A stretch of 64,000 nucleotides of DNA from Azolla caroliniana (Eukaryota; Plantae; Polypodiophyta): the NCBI GenBank assembly GCA_043228905.1, contig JBHGNT010000026.1, positions 124,001 through 188,000 of the forward strand, read 5' to 3'. Shown in pieces: positions 55,601-64,000 of the stretch. Both the position numbers and the translations under genes were made by a program. Numbering within the stretch: the first letter of the stretch is position 1; each line of letters begins with the position of its first letter. Below the pieces are notes generated by a model. The model saw nothing but the letters and a program-made list of their open reading frames with translations. It was not told the DNA's origin and made no database searches.

Positions 55601-58600
55601 GCGAGAGACATGACGAAATTACCAAATTTGAGGAGTGAGGTTGGAATAGCGCGTGAGTGAATTAAAATGTTCATACCTGGCTCGTGTGATATCGGATTTT
55701 TGTGTTCAAACATGCGAATCGAAGCTAACAACGCTAGCTATGATATGGACTTAAAAAATCAAGATTTTGAAACTCAGATCGAGAGACATGACGTAATTTC
55801 CAAATTTCAGGAGGGAGTTGAGAAGAGCTAGTAGGTAAATTATAATGTTCATACCTGGCTCGTGTGATATCGGATTTTTGTGTTCAAACCTGCGAATCGA
55901 AGCTAACAACGCTAGCTATGATATGGAATAAAAAAAACAAGATTTTGAAACTCAGGTCAAGAGACATGACGAAATTAGCAAATTTGAGGAGTGAGTTGAG
56001 AGGAGCCCTTGAGTAAATTAAAATGTTCATACCTAGCGAGGGTGATATCGGCTTTTTGTGTACAAACATGCGAATCGAAGCTAACAACGCTAGCTATGAT
56101 ATGGAATTAAAAAATCAAGATTTTGACACTCAGGTCGAGAGACATGACGAAATTACCAAATTTGAGGAGTGAGTTGAGAGGAGCCCTTGAGTAAATCAAA
56201 ATGTTCATACCTAGCGAGTGTGATATCGGAATTTTGTGTTCAAACATGCGAATCAAACCTAACAACGCTAGCTATGATCTAGAATTAAAAAAGGAAGATT
56301 TTGAAACTCAGGTCGAGAGTCATGACGGAATTAGCAAATTTGAGGAGTGAGTTGAGAGGAGCCCTTGAGTAAATTAAAAGGGTCATACCTAGCGAGTGTG
56401 ATATCGGATTTTTGTGTACAAACATGCGAATCGAAGCTAACAAGGCTAGCTATCATATGGAATTGAAAAATCAAGATTTTGAAACTCAGGTCGAGAGACA
56501 TGACGAAATTAGCAAATTTGAGGAGTGAGTTGAGAGAAGCCCTTGAGTAAATTAAAATGTTCATACCTAGCGAGTGTGATATCGGAATTTTGTGTACAAA
56601 CATGCGAATCGAAGCTAACAACGCTAGCTATGATATGCAATTGAAAAATCAAGATTTTGAAACTCAGGTCGAGAGACATGACGGAATTAGCAAATTTGAG
56701 GAGTGAGTTGAGAGGAGCCCTTGAGTAAATTAAAATGTTCATACATAGCGAGTGTGATATCGGATTTTTGTGTACAAACATGCGAATCGAAGCTAACAAC
56801 GCTAGCTATGATATGGAATTAAAAAATCAAGATTTTGAAAATCAGGTCGAGAGGCATGACGAAATTAGCAAATTTGAGGAGTGAGTTGAGAGGAGCCCTT
56901 GAGTAAATTAAAATGTTCATACATAGCGAGTGTGATATCTGATTTTTGTGTACAAACATGCGAATCGAAGCTAACAACGCTAGCTATGATATGGAATTAA
57001 AAAATCAAGATTTTGAAACTAAGGTCCAGAGACATGACGAAATTACCAAATTTGAGGAGGGAGTTGAGAGGGGCCCTTGAGTAAATTAAAATATTCATAC
57101 CTAGCGAGTCTGATATCGGAATTTTGTGTTCAAACATGCGAATCAAACCTAACAACGCTAGCTATGATCTAGTATTAAAAAAGCAAGATTTTGAAACTCA
57201 GGTCGAGAGTCATGACGGAATTAGCAAATTTGAGGAGTGAGTTGAGAGGAGCCCTTGAGTCAATTAAAATGGTCATACCTAGCGAGTGTGATATCGGATT
57301 TTTGTGTACAAACATGCGAATCGAAGCTAACAACACTAGCTATGATATGGAATTAAAAAATCAAGATTTTGAAACTCAGGTCGAGAGACATGACGAAATT
57401 TCCAAATTTGAGGAGGGAGTTGAGAAGAGCTAGTAGGTAAATTACAATGTTCATACCTGGTTCTTGTGATATCGGATTTTTGTGTTCAAACATGCGAATC
57501 GAAGCTAACAACACTAGCTATGATATGGAATTACAAAATCAAGATTTTGAAAGTCCAGTCGAGAGACATGATGAAATTACCAAATTTGAGGAGTGAGGTT
57601 GGAAGAGCGCGTGAGTGAATTAAAATGTTCATAGCTGGCTCGTGTGATATCGGATTTTTGTGTTCAAACATGCGAATCGAAGCTAACGACGCTAGCTATG
57701 ATATGGAATTGAAAAATCAAGATTTTGAAACTCAGGTCGAGACACATGACGAAATTACCAAATTTGAGGAGTGAGTTGAGAGGAGCCCTTGAGTAAATTA
57801 AAATGGTCATACCTAGCGAGTGTGATATCGGATTTTTGTGTACAAACATGCGAATCGAAGCTAACAACGCTAGCTATGATATGGAATTAAAAAATCAAGA
57901 TTTTGAAACTCAGGTCGAGAGACATGACGAAATTTCCAAATTTGAGGAGGGAGTTGAGAAGAGCTAGTAGGTAAATTACAATGTTCATACCTGGTTCGTG
58001 TGATATCGGATTTTTGTGTTCAAACATGCGAATCGAAGCTAACAACGCTAGCTATGATATGGAATTACAAAATCAAGATTTTGAAACTCCAGTCGAGAGA
58101 CATGACGAAATTACCAAATTTGAGGAGTGAGGTTGGAAGAGCGCGTGAGTGAATTAAAATGTTCATACCTGGCTCGTGTGATATCGGATATTTGTGTTCA
58201 AACATGCGAATCGAAGCTAACAACGCTAGCTATGATATGGAATTAAAAAATCAAGATTTTGAAACTCCAGTCGAGAGACATGACGAAATTAGCAAATTTG
58301 AGGAGTGAGTTGAGAGGAGCCCTTGAGTAAATTAAAATGTTCATACCTAGCGAGTGTGATATCGGAATTTTGTGTAAAAACATCCGAATCGAAGCTAACA
58401 ACGCTAGCTATGATATGGAATTAAAAAATCAAGATTTTGAAAATCAGGTCGAGAGGCATGACGAAATTAGCAAATTTGAGGAGTGAGTTGAGAGGAGCCC
58501 TTGAGTAAATTAAAATGTTCATACATAGCGAGTGTGATATCGGATTTTTGTGTACAAACATGCGAATCGAAGCTAACAAGGCTAGCTATAATATGGAATT

Positions 58601-61600
58601 AAGAAATCAAGATTTTGAAACTAAGGTCCAGAGACATGACGAAATTACCAAATTTGAGGAGGGAGTTGAGAGGGGCCCTTGAGTAAATTAAAATGTTCAT
58701 ACCTAGCGAGTCTGATATCGGAATTTTGTGTTCAAACATGCGAATCAAACCTAACAACGCTAGCTATGATCTAGAATTAAAAAAGCAAGATTTTGAAACT
58801 CAGGTCGAGAGTCATGACGGAATTAGCAAATTTGAGGAGTGAGTTGAGAGGAGCCCTTGAGTAAATTAAAATGGTCATACCTAGCGAGTGTGATATCGGA
58901 TTTTTGTGTACAAACATGCGAATCGAAGCTAACAACGCTAGCTATGATATGGAATTAAAAAATCAAGATTTTGAAACTCAGGTCCAGAGACATGACGAAA
59001 TTACCAAATTTGAGGAGTGAGTTGAGAGGAGCCCTTGAGTAAATTAAAATGGTCATACCTAGCGAGTGTGATATCGGATTTTTGTGTACAAACATGCGAA
59101 TCGAAGCTAACAACGCTAGCTATGATATGGAATTAAAAAATGAAGATTTTGAAACTCAGGTCGAGAGACATGACGAAATTTCCAAATTTGAGGAGGGAGT
59201 TGAGAAGAGCTAGTAGGTAAATTACAATGTTCATACCTGGTTCGTGTGATATCGGATTTTTGTGTTCAAACATGCGAATCGAAGCTAACAACGCTAGCTA
59301 TGATCTAGAATTAAAAAATCAAGATTTTGAAACTCAGGTCGAGAGACATGACGAAATTAGCAAATTGGAGGAGTGAGTTGAGAGGAGCCCTTGAGTAAAT
59401 TAAAATGGTCATACCTAGCGAGTGTGATATCGGATTTTTGTGTACAAACATGCGAATCGAAGCTAACAACGCTAGCTATCATATGGAATTGAAAAATCAA
59501 GATTTTGAAACTCAGGTCGAGAGACATGACGAAATTAGCAAATTTGAGGAGTGAGTTGAGAGAAGCCCTTGAGTAAATTAAAATGTTCATACCTAGCGAG
59601 TGTGATATCGGAATTTTGTGTACAAACATGCGAATCGAAGCTAACAACGCTAGCTATGATATGGAATTGAAAAATCAAGATTTTGAAACTCAGGTCGAGA
59701 GACATGACGAAATTAGCAAATTTGAGGAGTGAGTTGAGAGGAGCCCTTGAGTAAATAAAAATGTTTATACCTAGCTCGTGTGATATCGGATTTTTGTGTT
59801 CAAACATGCGAATCGAAGCTAACAACGCTAGCTATGATATGGAATTACAAAATCAAGATTTTGAAACTCCAGGCGAGAGACATGACGAAATTACCAAATT
59901 TGAGGAGTGAGGTTGGAATAGCGCGTGAGTGAATTAAAATGTTCATACCTGGCTCGTGTGATATCGGATTTTTGTGTTCAAACATGCGAATCGAAGCTAA
60001 CAACGCTAGCTATGATATGGACTTTAAAAATCAAGATTTTGAAACTCAGATCGAGAGACATGTCGTAATTTCCAAATTTCAGGAGGGAGTTGAGAAGAGC
60101 TAGTAGGTAAATTATAATGTTCATACCTGGCTCGTGTGATATCGGATTTTTGTGTTCAAACCTGCGAATCGAAGCTAACAACGCTAGCTATGATATGGAA
60201 TAAAAAAAACAAGATTTTGAAACTCAGGTCAAGAGACATGACGAAATTAGCAAATTTGAGGAGTGAGTTGAGAGGAGCCCTTGAGTAAATTAAAATGTTC
60301 ATACCTAGCGAGGGTGATATCGGCTTTTTGTGTACAAACATGCGAATCGAAGCTAACAACGCTAGCTATGATATGGAATTAAAAAATCAAGATTTTGACA
60401 CTCAGGTCGAGAGACATGACGAAATTACCAAATTTGAGGAGTGAGTTGAGAGGAGCCCTTGAGTAAATTAAAATGTTCATACCTAGCGAGTGTGATATCG
60501 GAATTTTGTGTACAAACATGCGAATCGAAGCTAACAACGCTAGCTATGATATGGAATTGAAAAATCAAGATTTTGAAACTCAGGTCGAGAGACATGACGG
60601 AATTAGCAAATTTGAGGAGTGAGTTGAGAGGAGCCCTTGAGTAAATTAAAATGTTCATACATAGCGAGTGTGATATCGGATTTTTGTGTACAAACATGCG
60701 AATCGAAGCTAACAACGCTAGCTATGATATGGAATTAAAAAATCAAGATTTTGAAAATCAGGTCGAGAGGCATGACGAAATTAGCAAATTTGAGGAGTGA
60801 GTTGAGAGGAGCCCTTGAGTAAATTAAAATGTTCATACATAGCGAGTGTGATATCGGATTTTTGTGTACAAACATGCGAATCGAAGCTAACAACGCTAGC
60901 TATGATATGGAATTAAAAAATCAAGATTTTGAAATTAAGGTCCAGAGACATGACGAAATTACCAAATTTGAGGAGGGAGTTGAGAGGGGCCCTTGAGTAA
61001 ATTAAAATATTCATACCTAGCGAGTCTTATATCGGAATTTTGTGTTCAAACATGCGAATCAAACCTAACAACGCTAGCTATGATCTAGTATTAAAAAAGC
61101 AAGATTTTGAAACTCAGGTCGAGAGTCATGACGGAATTAGCAAATTTGAGGAGTGAGTTGAGAGGAGCCCTTGAGTCAATTAAAATGGTCATACCTAGCG
61201 AGTGTGATATCGGATTTTTGTGTACAAACATGCGAATCGAAGCTAACAACACTAGCTATGATATGGAATTAAAAAATCAAGATTTTGAAACTCAGGTCGA
61301 GAGACATGACGAAATTTCCAAATTTGAGGAGGGAGTTGAGAAGAGCTAGTAGGTAAATTACAATGTTCATACCTGGTTCTTGTGATATCGGATTTTTGTG
61401 TTCAAACATGCGAATCGAAGCTAACAACACTAGCTATGATATGGAATTACAAAATCAAGATTTTGAAAGTCCAGTCGAGAGACATGATGAAATTACCAAA
61501 TTTGAGGAGTGAGGTTGGAAGAGCGCGTGAGTGAATTAAAATGTTCATAGCTGGCTCGTGTGATATCGGATTTTTGTGTTCAAACATGCGAATCGAAGCT

Positions 61601-64000
61601 AACGACGCTAGCTATGATATGGAATTGAAAAATCAAGATTTTGAAACTCAGGTCGAGACACATGACGAAATTACCAAATTTGAGGAGTGAGTTGAGAGGA
61701 GCCCTTGAGTAAATTAAAATGGTCATACCTAGCGAGTGTGATATCGGATTTTTGTGTACAAACATGCGAATCGAAGCTAACAACGCTAGCTATGATATGG
61801 AATTAAAAAATGAAGATTTTGAAACTCAGGTCGAGAGACATGACGAAATTTCCAAATTTGAGGAGGGAGTTGAGAAGAGCTAGTAGGTAAATTACAATGT
61901 TCATACCTGGTTCGTGTGATATCGGATTTTTGTGTTCAAACATGCGAATCGAAGCTAACAACGCTAGCTATGATATGGAATTACAAAATCAAGATTTTGA
62001 AACTCCAGTCGAGATACATGACGAAATTAGCAAATTTGAGGAGTGAGTTGAGAGGAGCCCTTGAGTAAATTAAAATGTTCATACCTAGCGAGTGTGATAT
62101 CGGAATTTTGTGTAAAAACATCCGAATCGAAGCTAACAACGCTAGCTATGATATGGAATTAAAAAATCAAGATTTTGAAAATCAGGTCGAGAGGCATGAC
62201 GAAATTAGCAAATTTGAGGAGTGAGTTGAGAGGAGCCCTTGAGTAAATTAAAATGTTCATACATAGCGAGTGTGATATCGGATTTTTGTGTACAAACATG
62301 CGAATCGAAGCTAACAAGGCTAGCTATGATATGGAATTAAAAAATCAAGATTTTGAAACTAAGGTCCAGAGACATGACGAAATTACCAAATTTGAGGAGG
62401 GAGTTGAGAGGGGCCCTTGAGTAAATTAAAATGTTCATACCTAGCGAGTCTGATATCGGAATTTTGTGTTCAAACATGCGAATCGAACCTAACAACGCTA
62501 GCTATGATATGGAATTACAAAATCAAGATTTTGAAACTCCAGGCGAGAGACATGACGAAATTACCAAATTTGAGGAGTGAGGTTGGAATAGCGCGTGAGT
62601 GAATTAAAATGTTCATACCTGGCTCGTGTGATATCGGATTTTTGTGTTCAAACATGCGAATCGAAGCTAACAACGCTAGCTATGATATGGACTTAAAAAA
62701 TCAAGATTTTGAAACTCAGATCGAGAGACATGACGTAATTTCCAAATTTCAGGAGGGAGTTGAGAAGAGCTAGTAGGTAAATTATAATGTTCATACCTGG
62801 CTCGTGTGATATCGGATTTTTGTGTTCAAACCTGCGAATCGAAGCTAACAACGCTAGCTATGATATGGAATTACAAAATCAAGATTTTGAAACTCCAGGC
62901 GAGAGACATGACGACATTACCAAATTTGAGGAGTGAGGTTGGAAGAGCCCTTGAGTAAATTAAAATGTTCATACATAGCGAGTGTGATATCGGATTTTTG
63001 TGTACAAACATGCGAATCGAAGCTAACAACGCTAGCTATGATATGGAATTAAAAAATCAAGATTTTGAAACTAAGGTCCAGAGACATGACGAAATTACCA
63101 AATTTGAGGAGGGGGTTAAGAGGGGCCCTTGAGTAAATTAAAATGTTCATAGCTAGCGAGTGTGATATCGGAATTTTGTTTTCAAACATGCGAATCAAAC
63201 CTAACAACGTTAGCTATGATCTAGAATTAAAAAAGCAAGATTTTGAAACTCAGGTCGAGAGTCATGACGGAATTAGCAAATTTGAGGAGTGAGTTGAGAG
63301 GAGCCCTTGAGTAAATTAAAATGGTCATACCTAGCGAGTGTGATATCGGATTTTTGTGTACAAACATGCGAATCGAAGCTAACAACGCTAGCTATCATAT
63401 GGAATTGAAAAATCAAGATTTTGAAACTCAGGTCGAGAGACATGACGAAATTAGCAAATTTGAGGAGTGAGTTGAGAGGAGCCCTTGAGTAAATTAAAAT
63501 GTTCATACCTGGCTCGTGTGATATCGGAATTTTGTGTACAAACATGCGAATCGAAGCTAACAACGCTAGCTATGATATGGAATTAAAAAATCAAGATTTT
63601 GAAACTAAGGTCGAGAGACATGACGAAATTACCAAATTTGAGGAGGGGGTTGAGAGGGGCCCTTGAGTAAATTAAAATGTTCATAGCTAGCGAGTGTGAT
63701 ATCGGAATTTTGTTTTCAAACATGCGAATCAAACCTAACAACGTTAGCTATGATCTAGAATTAAAAAAGCAAGATTTTGAAACTCAGGTCGAGAGTCATG
63801 ACGGAATTAGCAAATTTGAGGAGTGAGTTGAGAGGAGCCCTTGAGTAAATTAAAATGTTCATACATAGCGAGTGTGATATCGGATTTTTGTGTACAAACA
63901 TGCGAATCGAAGCTAACAACGCTAGCTATGATATGGAATTAAAAAATCAAGATTTTGAAAATCAGGTCGAGAGGCATGACGAAATTAGCAAATTTGAGGA
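49663..64000. repeat. Right satellite domain with a distinct variant set (A': AATTTCC...GTTGAGAAGAGCTAGTAGG; AAAATCAGG/GAGGCATG; AAGGTCCAG; CCAGTCG) and 8-, 24- and 22-monomer periods
   Basis: ORF offsets: 51495/52919 (1424 = 8x178), 52919/57191 and 55085/59357 (4272 = 24x178), 57191/61107 (3916 = 22x178), 50457/63273 (12816 = 72x178). Shared rare variants such as GAGTCAATT, AACGACGC and GACACATG support these. Confidence 0.88.

Larger units (their letters stand above)
1..64000. repeat. Tandem satellite DNA array, 178-bp monomer, ~359.5 copies, single orientation, extending beyond both window edges
   Basis: CGAATCGAAGCTAACAACGCTAGC recurs every 178 bp. Lines 1, 5341, 10681, 16021, 21361, 26701, 32041, 37381, 42721, 48061, 53401 and 58741 (steps of 30x178) all begin at the monomer start, and the last partial monomer starts at 63903 = 359x178+1. 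Offsets between equivalent ORFs in the track are multiples of 178. Confidence 0.99.

Noticed and set aside
83-63563. Repeated 96-aa and 67-aa minus-strand ORFs (MLASIRMF...) and 61-80-aa plus-strand ORFs
   Set aside because: They are translations of about 1-1.6 satellite monomers. 178 is not a multiple of 3, the ORFs open or close with single SNPs (e.g. TTAAAA/TTGAAA), they overlap each other, and I recognise no domain.
1-64000. CRISPR-like array or diversity cassette (constant part plus variable block at monomer pos ~100-123)
   Set aside because: The variable block consists of a few homologous alleles of the same sequence, not unique spacers. No cas, recombinase or reverse transcriptase gene is present in the window.
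1-64000. Embedded transposon, inversion or unique island
   Set aside because: Phase and orientation are unbroken at all checkpoints and I saw no non-satellite stretch while reading through.

Overview
The whole 64-kb window is one uninterrupted head-to-tail satellite array: about 359.5 copies of a 178-bp monomer (about 37% GC by hand count), all in one orientation. I see no genes, RNA genes, transposon insertions or strand switches. All listed ORFs are by-products of the repeat. Monomer n starts at (n-1)x178+1, and this phase holds at every checkpoint from base 1 to 63,903. Monomers fall into about 9-10 recurrent sequence types, arranged in short-lived nested higher-order repeats (4-, 6-, 8-, 13-, 20-, 24- and 35-mers) that define three compositional domains plus a diverged junction zone. 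The size and organisation resemble eukaryotic centromeric, pericentromeric or subtelomeric satellite. I do not recognise the family; it does not match Arabidopsis CEN178 or Brassica CentBr as I remember them. I found no support for a novel protein-coding system. The most interesting signals are strict length conservation with apparently compensated indels, an imperfect ~73-nt dyad across each monomer junction with recurrent palindrome-perfecting variants, and a readable history of in-register recombination. All comparisons were made by eye and by ORF-track offsets, not by computed alignment.
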